In this document: positions 7,482-16,430 of the stretch, piece by piece | Layout of the letters: each line of letters starts with the position of its first letter | Numbering within the stretch: position 1 is the first letter of the stretch | Source: Candidatus Shapirobacteria bacterium CG03_land_8_20_14_0_80_40_19 | GTDB taxonomy: Bacteria; Patescibacteriota; Microgenomatia; UM-FILTER-40-11 | Length of the DNA: 55,105 nucleotides | Direction of reading: 5' to 3' | Assembly (NCBI GenBank): GCA_002780305.1 | Contig: PEVD01000009.1 | Span: 1-55,105, forward strand | Position numbers and translations under genes: made by a program | The notes under the pieces: model-generated | What the model was told of the DNA's origin: nothing | Database searches by the model: none | The model's input: only the letters and a program-made list of their open reading frames with translations

Positions 7482-9149
7482 ATGATAAAGAAATTTTGGC
7501 AAAATGGACGCGAGCTTTTAATCCGGCCGCAGTCGGGTATTTTTTCGGCGGCTTTGGTAATTGCTCTGACTTATGGAGTTTCGATGGTTTTAGGAATATT
7601 GCGGGAAAGAATTTTGGTGGCAAAGTTTTACACTTGCTGCCGTGGCCAACTTGACAGTTATTATGCGGCTTTTAGGCTTCCGGATATAATTTTTCAACTG
7701 GTAGTTATCGGCGCGCTTTCTTCAGCTTTTATCCCGGTATTTTCGGAAAAATTAACAAAAAATAGAAATGAAGCTTACCGGTTGTCTTCATCCCTAATAA
7801 ATCTTTTTTTAATTTCATTTTTACTTTTATGTTTAATTGTTTATTTTTACGCCAAGCCGCTTTCTTTATTTATAACAGGAAACTTTTCTTCTTCTCAAAT
7901 TGATTTAATGGTGGGAATGACCAGGTTAATGCTGTTGGCGCAGGTTTTCTTTCTGATCTCCAATTTTTTTTCGGCGATGATCCAATCTCAACAGCGTTTT
8001 TTACTACCCTCGTTGTCGCCTGTTGTTTACAACTTAGGAATTATTGTTTCCATTTTATTATTTGCCGGCCGGTGGGGAATTCGGTCAGCCGCCGCCGGGG
8101 TAGTCTTGGGTGCCTTTTTGCACTTGCTGATTCAGATTCCTTTGGTTTACAAATTGGGATACCGCCATGCTTTTATTTTGGAAAAAACCGCTGGAGTCCG
8201 CCGGGTTCTTAAATTAATGGTGCCAAGAACCCTTGCTTTAGCGGCCGGTCAAATAGAATTAACTTACAGCGTGTTTTTGGCAACTTCGCTTTCTGCCGGA
8301 TCACTAACTCTTTACAACCTGGCTCAACGTCTGGCTGATTTGCCGGTTAGGTTAATGGGTACTTCTGTCGGCCAAGCTGCCCTGCCGACTCTTTCGGCTC
8401 AACTGGCTCAAGAAAAAAAAGAGGATTTTATAAAAACTTTAAATCAATCTCTAAGCCAGCTTTTTTATCTTGCTTTTCCATGCACCGCTTTGTTTTTAGT
8501 CTTAAGGCTTCAAGCGGTTCGTTTTGCTTATGGGGCAAAAACCTTTCCGTGGCAGGCAACCGTGATGACAAGTCAAACTTTAGCGATGATTACTCTTTCG
8601 ATTTTTTCTCAAAGTGCGATTCAGCTTTTGGTCCGTGGATTTTATGCCTTTCATGACACAATCACCCCTTTTGTCATCAGCGTGACTTGTGTGGCTTTGA
8701 ATGTTTTACTTAGTTTACTGCTGGTTAAAAAAATGAGCTTGGGGATACTGGGGTTGGCGGCGGCTTTTTCGATTACCAGTTTTGTCAACTTTTTGTTGTT
8801 ATTTCTTTTTTTAAACTTTCGCAAAATCAGGTTTATTTTCCGTTCTGATTTTTATCGTTATTCAAAGATGTTTCTGGCGGCGATTTTTTCCGGGTTTATT
8901 TCTTGGTTTTTATTAAGAGTTTTGGATGGAACCGTATTTGACACTACGAAAACCATTCCGCTCTTGTTTTTAACCCTTATTTGTGCCGTTATGGGAATTT
9001 TGGTGTATTTTTTCTTTTCTCTTGTTTTTAAATTAAACGAAATGCAGATGATTTTTCGAATTTTTCGTTCGTTCGGAAGATGGAGAGACACTTTGTTTTC
9101 CGTTAAAGAGGCGATTGGTTCTCCGCCGGAAACAACCAGCGGATCCTAG
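7482..9149 (+). CDS. murJ: Lipid II flippase MurJ/MviN
   Basis: 555 aa, about 14 TM segments. N-terminal GILRERILVAKF...DSYYAAFRLPDIIFQLVV is typical of MurJ. Confidence 0.88.
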   Translation: MIKKFWQNGRELLIRPQSGIFSAALVIALTYGVSMVLGILRERILVAKFYTCCRGQLDSYYAAFRLPDIIFQLVVIGALSSAFIPVFSEKLTKNRNEAYRLSSSLINLFLISFLLLCLIVYFYAKPLSLFITGNFSSSQIDLMVGMTRLMLLAQVFFLISNFFSAMIQSQQRFLLPSLSPVVYNLGIIVSILLFAGRWGIRSAAAGVVLGAFLHLLIQIPLVYKLGYRHAFILEKTAGVRRVLKLMVPRTLALAAGQIELTYSVFLATSLSAGSLTLYNLAQRLADLPVRLMGTSVGQAALPTLSAQLAQEKKEDFIKTLNQSLSQLFYLAFPCTALFLVLRLQAVRFAYGAKTFPWQATVMTSQTLAMITLSIFSQSAIQLLVRGFYAFHDTITPFVISVTCVALNVLLSLLLVKKMSLGILGLAAAFSITSFVNFLLLFLFLNFRKIRFIFRSDFYRYSKMFLAAIFSGFISWFLLRVLDGTVFDTTKTIPLLFLTLICAVMGILVYFFFSLVFKLNEMQMIFRIFRSFGRWRDTLFSVKEAIGSPPETTSGS

Positions 9150-11020
9150 TCGAAATTTTTTTGATAAAGGATTTCTTGATTAGTGGTGATTGAAAGATTG
9201 TCGATAAACCCTTCAACAGAGTTATTTTCCCGGCGGCTGCCTCCGATTAGAATAAAATCTCCAAGCTTAATATTGGAAGTTGTTTTGGTGATTGACTCTT
9301 TACCGTTAAAAACCACCTTCATTTGTTTTAAATTATTATCAAAAGAAAAAGAAAGATTGTGCCAGGTATTTCTGTCTAAAAATTCGATTGGCAGAACAAC
9401 TTGTTCGACGGTTTCTCCGTAGTTAACAAAACTAGAAATTATTTTCGGGCTATCACTGTTTTCGTACCAAGCGGAAATTCCGTCTCCAACCGGATTTTTA
9501 CTTTCCAAAAAAATATGTTTTTGTTTTTCCAAGGTATTCCAGTTTGGTTTAAACAAAAACGAAAACTCAGCTTGGCTGACTGCTGGTTGATTCAAGAGAA
9601 AAATTAAGGGTGGAGTATTAATGGTGAGCTTAGCGGAGGAATCTTGCGGAAGATCGGTCGCTCCCTTGGCGATAACTAAAGCCGGCGAGGCGCGGTTAAT
9701 TTCCAAGAGAACAACAGCGTTGGCTGCAAGATCAATGTTGGTGCTTAGGTTGTTGTTGACCGAAATTGTTTTTGATTCGGGAATAAACGGCTCGCGCGAG
9801 GGGCCAAGAAAATAAGAATTAATTTGGTATATTCCCGGAAGGGGATCTTTTAGACCTATCTCAAAATTGCTTGGTTTTTCTTTTTCGCGGGATAAAACAA
9901 AGCAGTAATTTTCTTTTCCGTCGGTGGAGCCGATTACCGTCACTCCGGACAAGGGCTCTTGTGGCTTTATTTCGAGTTCCAGCAACTTATTTAAATAGGC
10001 AAAAGAATAATAGCGGGGTTTGGGGGTAAGACCGTAAATTTGGTTAGTTATAAGACCCCATCGGCCCCAAAATTCTTTTCCCTCCGGAGAGGGTCCGTCT
10101 ACCAACTCAAAAGTAAAAAGTTTATTAAGTGAATCTTTTAATTTTTCGATGGCCACAATGGTATGGCTGGCGTCAAAATACGAATCGTGCAGCTCCGACA
10201 TTTCCGGAACCGATCCCCACTCCGAAATAATTAACTCCGTATCGGCGAAATGGTTTTTAAAACTGGCCAGGTTTTTTAAGTTATTGACTTCGGTTAGGGT
10301 TTTTCCCGGATTGAGTTGGTAAGAATGCCAGGAAATAAAATCCAGTCTTGTTTTACTTTCTCCGGCCCTTCGTAAAAATGTTTCTATCCAATCTTTCTTT
10401 AGGGTGGTAATGGCCGGGCCGCCGATTTTGAAAGAATTGCAGTTTTGACAATTTTCGGCGGCAAGGACGGAGGCGCGATAAAGACTGAAATACTGCTCGG
10501 GTGTCATTTTCCCGAAAAGATCCGGCTCGTTCCAGACTTCATAGTAAACACCAAGTAAGTTTTTTTGGTTTTTTCCGCTGTATTGTTGAATGGTTTTTTG
10601 CACCAAAGCCTGCCAGCCTGTTAGGTCGGAGGGGAAAGTGGTCAAGTCACCGGAAATAGGAGGGGGAAAATAAGAAAGGGCTAAAAAGGGATTGGCACCC
10701 GCCTTGATTATTTCGTTTACCCTTAAATCCAAATTGGGAAAATCGAAAAGATGGTCAATCCGAACATAGCGAGGTTGTAACGCTTGGATAAGGGGGCTGG
10801 CCGGTTCCAACATTGGTTTTTGTTCCTCCCCGCCTTGGCTGAAATTCGGCCAAATGCGGTTAATTTTTCCCTGTGGGATAATACCGTAAACAGCCACTGT
10901 CGTTTTTTCTTCGGCAAACTTACCTAAAAATTGAGTTTGTTTCAAAAGAAGAGTGATAGAAAAAACGGTTGTTGTCAGAAAAAAAAAGATAAACAATCCA
11001 AGGATTTTATTTTTTGTCAT
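9146..11020 (-). CDS. Secreted clan GH-A (GH39/GH5-like TIM barrel) glycoside hydrolase with C-terminal LamG/concanavalin-like domain
   Basis: Signal or anchor sequence. Acid/base motif YYEVWNEPDLF. Nucleophile region ELIISEWGS. C-terminus ends in ...FDNNLKQMKVVFNGKE...GFIDNLSI. Stop codons of this gene and murJ overlap convergently. Confidence 0.55.
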   Translation of the reverse strand: MTKNKILGLFIFFFLTTTVFSITLLLKQTQFLGKFAEEKTTVAVYGIIPQGKINRIWPNFSQGGEEQKPMLEPASPLIQALQPRYVRIDHLFDFPNLDLRVNEIIKAGANPFLALSYFPPPISGDLTTFPSDLTGWQALVQKTIQQYSGKNQKNLLGVYYEVWNEPDLFGKMTPEQYFSLYRASVLAAENCQNCNSFKIGGPAITTLKKDWIETFLRRAGESKTRLDFISWHSYQLNPGKTLTEVNNLKNLASFKNHFADTELIISEWGSVPEMSELHDSYFDASHTIVAIEKLKDSLNKLFTFELVDGPSPEGKEFWGRWGLITNQIYGLTPKPRYYSFAYLNKLLELEIKPQEPLSGVTVIGSTDGKENYCFVLSREKEKPSNFEIGLKDPLPGIYQINSYFLGPSREPFIPESKTISVNNNLSTNIDLAANAVVLLEINRASPALVIAKGATDLPQDSSAKLTINTPPLIFLLNQPAVSQAEFSFLFKPNWNTLEKQKHIFLESKNPVGDGISAWYENSDSPKIISSFVNYGETVEQVVLPIEFLDRNTWHNLSFSFDNNLKQMKVVFNGKESITKTTSNIKLGDFILIGGSRRENNSVEGFIDNLSITTNQEILYQKNFD

Positions 11021-11038
11021 CTACTAATAATATAACAC

Positions 11039-11065
11039 TTGACAACAGTTAGCACTCATGATAAT
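11039..11065 (+). promoter_or_regulatory. Promoter of the hrcA-grpE-dnaK-dnaJ operon (TTGACA-N15-GATAAT)
   Basis: ttgaca at 11039-11044 and gataat at 11060-11065. Overlaps CIRCE. The -10 box is 12 nt from the hrcA ATG. Confidence 0.6.
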
Positions 11066-11075
11066 CTACTGCTAA
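11049..11075 (+). promoter_or_regulatory. CIRCE operator (HrcA binding site)
   Basis: TTAGCACTC-atgataatc-TACTGCTAA compared with consensus TTAGCACTC-N9-GAGTGCTAA. Left arm 9/9, right arm 7/9. Lies directly upstream of hrcA. Confidence 0.8.
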
Positions 11076-11077
11076 TT

Positions 11078-11806
11078 ATGGGGTTAGAAGAAAGACAAAC
11101 AAAAGTTCTTAAAGCAGTAGTTGAAGAATATATCAATACCGCTTTGCCGATTGGTTCGGGGACAATCGAGAAGAAATACAATCTTGGAGTTTCGCCGGCA
11201 ACTATCCGCAACGAAATGGTTAAACTGACTCAAGCCGGTTATCTTAAAAAGGCTCATTCTTCTTCCGGCCGGATACCGACATCGATGGCGCTGAAGTACT
11301 ATGTCAGCAACTTAATGAAAGAGCAACATTTGTCTTTATCTGAAGAAGTGGCGGTCAAAGAAAAAGTTTGGGACTACCGCCATGAGATGGATAAGTTACT
11401 TCGGGAAATGACCCGGGAGTTGGCGAACAGGACGAGAGAGTTGGCGATTTCTATCACCGACGAAGGGGATATTTATACGGCCGGAACGGCCAACATTCTT
11501 GAGGCGCCGGAGTTTTACGATATCGATTTAACCAAAAACCTGCTTTCAAGGCTGGACGGAGTTGATTTTTGGGAAGAATTGATAAACCGTTCGGTTTTAC
11601 CAATCGACGAAATTGATTTGCTTTTAGGAAATGATTTTGGCAATGAGGAAATGGAGCCTTGCAGTTTTATCTTTAGCCGTTTCTCGGCCGGGCCCAGAAA
11701 AGGGGCTATTGGAGTGATCGGACCGGCCAGAATAAACTTTTGCCGGGTTTTCCCGACCGTCAGGTATTTTAAGGAATTGTTAGATGAAGTATTCAAGGGG
11801 TGGTAA
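11078..11806 (+). CDS. hrcA: Heat-inducible transcription repressor HrcA (short form, 242 aa)
   Basis: MGLEERQTKVLKAVVEEYINTALPIGSGTIEKKYNLGVSPATIRNEMVKLTQAGYLKK. The ORF-track TTG start (11039) coincides with the -35 box, so ATG 11078 is preferred. Confidence 0.85.
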   Translation: MGLEERQTKVLKAVVEEYINTALPIGSGTIEKKYNLGVSPATIRNEMVKLTQAGYLKKAHSSSGRIPTSMALKYYVSNLMKEQHLSLSEEVAVKEKVWDYRHEMDKLLREMTRELANRTRELAISITDEGDIYTAGTANILEAPEFYDIDLTKNLLSRLDGVDFWEELINRSVLPIDEIDLLLGNDFGNEEMEPCSFIFSRFSAGPRKGAIGVIGPARINFCRVFPTVRYFKELLDEVFKGW

Positions 11807-11847
11807 GAAGACTACCGAAAATAGAGAATTGGAGTTAGAATAAGAGA

Positions 11848-12300
11848 ATGAAAAACCAAGACAAAGTCACTAAAGATAAAGAAAATACTGAGCTTAAAAA
11901 ACAAATCGAAGTTTTAACGAATGACTGGAAAAGGGCCTTGGCCGATTACCAGAATTTGCAAAGGAGATATGAAAAAGAAAAGATTGAATTTGCCCAGTAC
12001 GCAAACGGTATTCTGGTTTTGAAGTTACTTTCGACCCTCGATTATCTGGAGAAAGTGCAAAGTTATTTAAAAGACGATGGTTTAGGCTTGGCGATAAAAG
12101 AATTTAAAAATGTGCTGTCCGAAGAAGGATTAAAGGAGGTTGAAGTTTTGGGAAAAAAGTTTAATCCGGAAGAGATGGAAGCGATTGAAAAAATTGACGG
12201 TGAGGAAGATAAAGTAATCGAAGTTATATCCAAAGGTTACCGGCTTAAAGATAAACTAATCAGACCAGCAAAAGTAAAAGTTAGTGTTATTATAATATAA
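11848..12300 (+). CDS. grpE: Nucleotide exchange factor GrpE
   Basis: [18 protein letters not shown]... plus its position between hrcA and dnaK. Confidence 0.9.
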   Translation: MKNQDKVTKDKENTELKKQIEVLTNDWKRALADYQNLQRRYEKEKIEFAQYANGILVLKLLSTLDYLEKVQSYLKDDGLGLAIKEFKNVLSEEGLKEVEVLGKKFNPEEMEAIEKIDGEEDKVIEVISKGYRLKDKLIRPAKVKVSVIII

Positions 12301-12316
12301 ACAGGAGGTAATAAAA

Positions 12317-14227
12317 ATGGGAAAAATTATCGGTATCGATTTAGGCACAACCAATTCTTGTGTGGCGGTGATGGAAGGTGGCAGCCCAAAAGTGATTTAC
12401 TCGGCCGAAGGCCGTAATGTTATCCCCTCGGTGGTTGACCCGGTTTCTCATATTGTCGGCGACGTGGCTAAGAGACAGGTGGTGGTTAAGCCGAGATCAA
12501 CCATTTTTTCCATCAAGCGGTTAATGGGAAGAAAATATAAAGACGAATCGGTGCAGAGAGATATTAAATGGTTGCCTTATTCAATCAAAGAAGGCCGTGA
12601 CGGTATGGCGGTGGTGGAAGTTGACGGCCGGACTTTCACCCCACAGGAAATTTCGGCGATGATTTTACAAAAAATCAAAGCTGACGCCGAAAGTTATCTG
12701 GGCGGAAAAGTAACTCAAGCCGTGATTACTGTTCCGGCTTATTTTGACGATTCACAAAGACAGGCAACCAAACAGGCGGGAGAAATTGCCGGCTTGGAAG
12801 TACTTCGTATAATCAATGAGCCGACCGCTTCTTCCCTGGCTTATGGTTTGGACAAGAAAAACGCCCACACGATTGCGGTTTACGATTTGGGTGGAGGGAC
12901 CTTTGATATTTCCGTTTTGGAACTTGGGGAGGGTGTTTATGAAGTCAAAGCGACTAACGGAGATACCCATCTTGGAGGAGACGACTTTGACCAAGTGGTT
13001 TTAAGTTACTTAGCCGAAACTTTTCAGAAGGAAAACGGAATAGATTTAAGAAAAGATCCACAAGCTCTGCAAAGGTTGAGAGACGCAGCGGAAAAGGCAA
13101 AAATCGAGCTTTCTTCTTCCAAGGAAGCGGAAATCAACCAGCCCTTTATTACCCAAGGGAAAGACGGTAACCCGCTTCATTTAAACATGAAGCTTTCACG
13201 GGCAAAACTGGAAGAACTGGTTGACGATCTTATCCAGAAAACGATTGAACCGGTTAAAAAATGTTTAGCTGATGCTAAAAAGGAGAAAAAAGATATTGAC
13301 GAAATCGTTATGGTCGGGGGAATGACCCGTATGCCGAAGGTTTACGAAACCGTTAAAAATTTCTTCGGCAAAGAGCCGAACCGGTCCGTTAATCCAGATG
13401 AAGTGGTGGCGGTTGGAGCCGCAATCCAAGGGGGAGTTTTGGGAGGCGAAGTCAAAGATGTTTTACTGCTTGATGTTACCCCGTTGACTTTGGGAATTGA
13501 AACCCTGGGAAGCGTGGCAACACCCTTAATTCCCAGAAACACCACCGTTCCGACGTCTAAATCTCAAGTTTTTTCAACCGCGGCGGATAACCAAACCCAG
13601 GTTGAAGTTAATGTGCTGCAGGGAGAACGGCCAATGGCGGCAGACAATAAATCTTTAGGCCGGTTCGTCCTTGACGGAATTCCGCCGGCACCAAGAGGGA
13701 TTCCTCAAATTGAGGTAAGCTTTGACATCGACGCCAACGGTATTTTAAATGTGGCAGCTAAAGATAAGGCGACCGGGAGATCTCAAAGTGTTTCCATCAA
13801 AGGATCAACCGGTCTTTCTAAAGACGAAGTTGAGAAAATGACCAAAGAAGCGGAAGTGCATGCTTCCGAGGATGAAGAAAAGAAAAAGCTGGTCGAAATC
13901 AGAAATTTGGCGGAAAATTTGGTTTACACCAGTGAAAAAACGCTTAAAGATGCGGGGGATAAAGTTAAGCCGGAGGATAAAAAAGAAGTTGAGGAAAAAG
14001 TTTCGGCGGTTCGGGAGGCCTTAAAATCGGAAAAGGCGGCCGAAATCGAAGACAAGACAAAAGAATTGTCTGATGTTTTGCAAAAGGTAGGGGCGGCAAT
14101 GTATCAGTCCAGCTCAACTGGACAGCAAACAACTGCCGACAATCAACCGCCAACTGGAGAACAAGAGACAAAGGCAGAAGAACCAAAGGCCGGGGAAAAA
14201 GTGGAAGAAGGAGAGGTAGTTAAATAA
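12317..14227 (+). CDS. dnaK: Chaperone DnaK (Hsp70)
   Basis: [31 protein letters not shown]. Strong SD (aggagg) upstream. Confidence 0.98.
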   Translation: MGKIIGIDLGTTNSCVAVMEGGSPKVIYSAEGRNVIPSVVDPVSHIVGDVAKRQVVVKPRSTIFSIKRLMGRKYKDESVQRDIKWLPYSIKEGRDGMAVVEVDGRTFTPQEISAMILQKIKADAESYLGGKVTQAVITVPAYFDDSQRQATKQAGEIAGLEVLRIINEPTASSLAYGLDKKNAHTIAVYDLGGGTFDISVLELGEGVYEVKATNGDTHLGGDDFDQVVLSYLAETFQKENGIDLRKDPQALQRLRDAAEKAKIELSSSKEAEINQPFITQGKDGNPLHLNMKLSRAKLEELVDDLIQKTIEPVKKCLADAKKEKKDIDEIVMVGGMTRMPKVYETVKNFFGKEPNRSVNPDEVVAVGAAIQGGVLGGEVKDVLLLDVTPLTLGIETLGSVATPLIPRNTTVPTSKSQVFSTAADNQTQVEVNVLQGERPMAADNKSLGRFVLDGIPPAPRGIPQIEVSFDIDANGILNVAAKDKATGRSQSVSIKGSTGLSKDEVEKMTKEAEVHASEDEEKKKLVEIRNLAENLVYTSEKTLKDAGDKVKPEDKKEVEEKVSAVREALKSEKAAEIEDKTKELSDVLQKVGAAMYQSSSTGQQTTADNQPPTGEQETKAEEPKAGEKVEEGEVVK

Positions 14228-14246
14228 ATTAGAATGAAATTAGGGT

Positions 14247-14354
14247 GGGGGTGAGAAGTGGGATGTGTGTCGAGGGTGAGAAGTTAGGGTGAGAAAGGTG
14301 GACTCATAACTCACCCACACTTCCCGACTCACTTCTCATTTCCCATCCTCACCC
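14247..14354. repeat. Inverted pair of GGTGAGAAGTG-type elements filling the dnaK-dnaJ spacer
   Basis: The left arm 14247-14293 matches 2855-2901 at 41/47. The right arm 14308-14354, reverse-complemented, is gggtgaggatgggaaatgagaagtgagtcgggaagtgtgggtgagtt, a diverged copy. tgagaagtg can pair with cacttctca. Confidence 0.8.
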
Positions 14355-14360
14355 ATTTTT

Positions 14361-15248
14361 ATGCCAAACAAACGAGATTATTACGAAATTTTAGGGGTTT
14401 CCAAAAGCGCTTCCGAGGCAGAATTAAAGGCCGCTTACCGCAAGCAGGCCCTGGCTTGGCATCCGGACCGGAATAAATCAAAAGAGGCGGAAACAAAATT
14501 TAAAGAAATAAACGAAGCTTACGAGATTTTGTCGGACAGGGAAAAACGAGCCGCCTATGACCAGTTTGGCCATGCGGCATTTGAACCTGGAGGTGGTTTT
14601 GGCGGAAGCCAAGGTCCTTTTGGCGGCCAATCTCAGAATTATCAACAGGGTCCTTTTTCCTATTCTTATACCACCTATGACGGGGGTCAAGGACCGGATA
14701 TCGGTTTTGATTTTGGGGGATTTTCCGATCCGTTTGAAATCTTCGCCCAGTTTTTTGGCGGGGCGTCCCCTTTCGGCGGCCGGCAGACCAGTCGAAAGCC
14801 GCGTTACGGCATTGGCTTGAGTTTTATGGAAGCGGCCAAAGGCTGCGAAAAAGAAGTTTCGCTTGAAGGAAAAAGAAAGAAAATAAAGATTCCGGCGGGA
14901 GTAGATGACGGCTCGGTAGTGCAATTTCCCGATTTTTATTTGACGGTGGACGTTAAACCGGACAAAACATTCAGAAGAGAGGGTTTAGATGTTTATGTGG
15001 AGAAAGAAATATCATTTTCTCAGGCGGTTTTGGGAGCGATAATTGAAGTTCCGGCGCTGGAAGGGAATATTGGTCTTAAGGTTCGGCCCGGAACCCAACC
15101 CGGAACAATGGTTAGACTTGGAGGAAAAGGTATTAAAAATCCCCGCGGAAGCGGCCAGGGAGACGAATATATCCGTTTAAAGGTGACCGTTCCTTCCCGT
15201 CTTTCCCGTAGGCAAAAAGAAATCTTGGAAGAATTTGAAGAAAATTAA
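14361..15248 (+). CDS. dnaJ: DnaJ-family co-chaperone, class II/CbpA-like (no Cys-rich zinc-finger domain)
   Basis: J domain [13 protein letters not shown]...WHPDRN. Long G/F-rich linker. No CxxCxGxG repeats anywhere. C-terminal substrate-binding domains are present. Confidence 0.85.
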   Translation: MPNKRDYYEILGVSKSASEAELKAAYRKQALAWHPDRNKSKEAETKFKEINEAYEILSDREKRAAYDQFGHAAFEPGGGFGGSQGPFGGQSQNYQQGPFSYSYTTYDGGQGPDIGFDFGGFSDPFEIFAQFFGGASPFGGRQTSRKPRYGIGLSFMEAAKGCEKEVSLEGKRKKIKIPAGVDDGSVVQFPDFYLTVDVKPDKTFRREGLDVYVEKEISFSQAVLGAIIEVPALEGNIGLKVRPGTQPGTMVRLGGKGIKNPRGSGQGDEYIRLKVTVPSRLSRRQKEILEEFEEN

Positions 15249-15328
15249 TTTGGTTCTTGACAAAGGCCCCTTTGATTTTTTATTATTCCCCAAGACGAGA
15301 ATGATTAAACAAGATAAGGATTACTTTG

Positions 15329-15352
15329 AATCCCCATGAGGGGATTTTTTTT
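15329..15352 (+). terminator. Rho-independent terminator-like hairpin (end of the dnaK operon and/or attenuator before carA)
   Basis: aatcccc-atga-ggggatt followed by tttttt(gg)tttttt. Lies 10 nt before the carA ATG. Confidence 0.6.
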
Positions 15353-15362
15353 GGTTTTTTAA

Positions 15363-16403
15363 ATGAAAACACGGCTTATTTTGGAGGATAATTCGGTTTG
15401 GGAAGGAGAGTCTTTCGGCCGGCAAGTCTCAACCGCCGGAGAAGTTGTTTTTACCACCGCCATGATCGGTTACGTCGAGGCTTTGACCGACCCTTCTTAC
15501 AAAGGCCAAATTTTGGTTTTTACCTACCCTTTAATCGGTAATTACGGGGTGGTTGACCGCCGTTTCTTTCAGTCTGATAAAATCCAAGTCTCCGGGGTGA
15601 TTGTGACTCAAGTTTGTTTATCTCCCAGTCATTGGCAATCCCAAAAAAGCCTTGATCTTTGGCTGAAGGAAAATAATGTCCCGGGATTGCAGGGAATTGA
15701 TACCCGCGCTTTAACCCAGAAACTAAGAAATAAAGGAACCATGTTGGGGAAGATTCAAAATAATGATGAAGAAATTTCTTTTTATGACCCGAATAAAGAA
15801 AACCTGATACCGAAGGTGAGTTTAAAAAAACCCAAAGACTTTCAAAGCGGGGGGGAAAAGAGGGTTTGTTTAATCGACTGCGGTCATAAAAGATCAATAT
15901 TAAATTGTCTTTTGGACAGGAATCTTTCGGTTAAAATTGTCCCTTGGAATTATGATCCTTTTGGCAGATTTGATTTTGACGGCATGGTTGTTTCCAATGG
16001 GCCGGGTGATCCGAAAATGGCGGTAAAAACAGTGAAAATTGTCAAACAGGCAATGGAAAAAAAACTGCCCGTTTTAGGGATTTGCTTGGGCAGTCAAATT
16101 ATCAGTCTGGCGGCAGGGGCACAGACTTATAAGCTTAAATTCGGCCACCGGTCTTTAAATCAACCGGTTAAAGACGTGCAATCCGGTCGTTGTTTTATCA
16201 CTTCTCAAAATCACGGATTTGCCATTGACCCCGGTAGTCTTCCGTCAGGTTTTAAACAATGGTTTTTTAATTTAAACGACCAAACCTGCGAAGGCGTAAT
16301 TTCCGATGACGGGAAAGTGGCCGGAGTGCAGTTTCATCCGGAAGGCAGCCCGGGACCAACGGACACCAGTTGGGTTTTTGATGAGTTTGTTAAATTGTTA
16401 TAG
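15363..16403 (+). CDS. carA: Carbamoyl-phosphate synthase small (glutaminase) subunit
   Basis: GICLGSQ (Cys nucleophile), FGHRSLNQPV, QFHPEGSPGP. Confidence 0.92.
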   Translation: MKTRLILEDNSVWEGESFGRQVSTAGEVVFTTAMIGYVEALTDPSYKGQILVFTYPLIGNYGVVDRRFFQSDKIQVSGVIVTQVCLSPSHWQSQKSLDLWLKENNVPGLQGIDTRALTQKLRNKGTMLGKIQNNDEEISFYDPNKENLIPKVSLKKPKDFQSGGEKRVCLIDCGHKRSILNCLLDRNLSVKIVPWNYDPFGRFDFDGMVVSNGPGDPKMAVKTVKIVKQAMEKKLPVLGICLGSQIISLAAGAQTYKLKFGHRSLNQPVKDVQSGRCFITSQNHGFAIDPGSLPSGFKQWFFNLNDQTCEGVISDDGKVAGVQFHPEGSPGPTDTSWVFDEFVKLL

Positions 16404-16430
16404 CTGTTATAAAAATTATAAATTTTATAA

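Noticed and set aside
7318-7623. 101-aa minus-strand ORF spanning rpsT and murJ starts
   Set aside because: It crosses the divergent promoter region and overlaps two well-supported genes.
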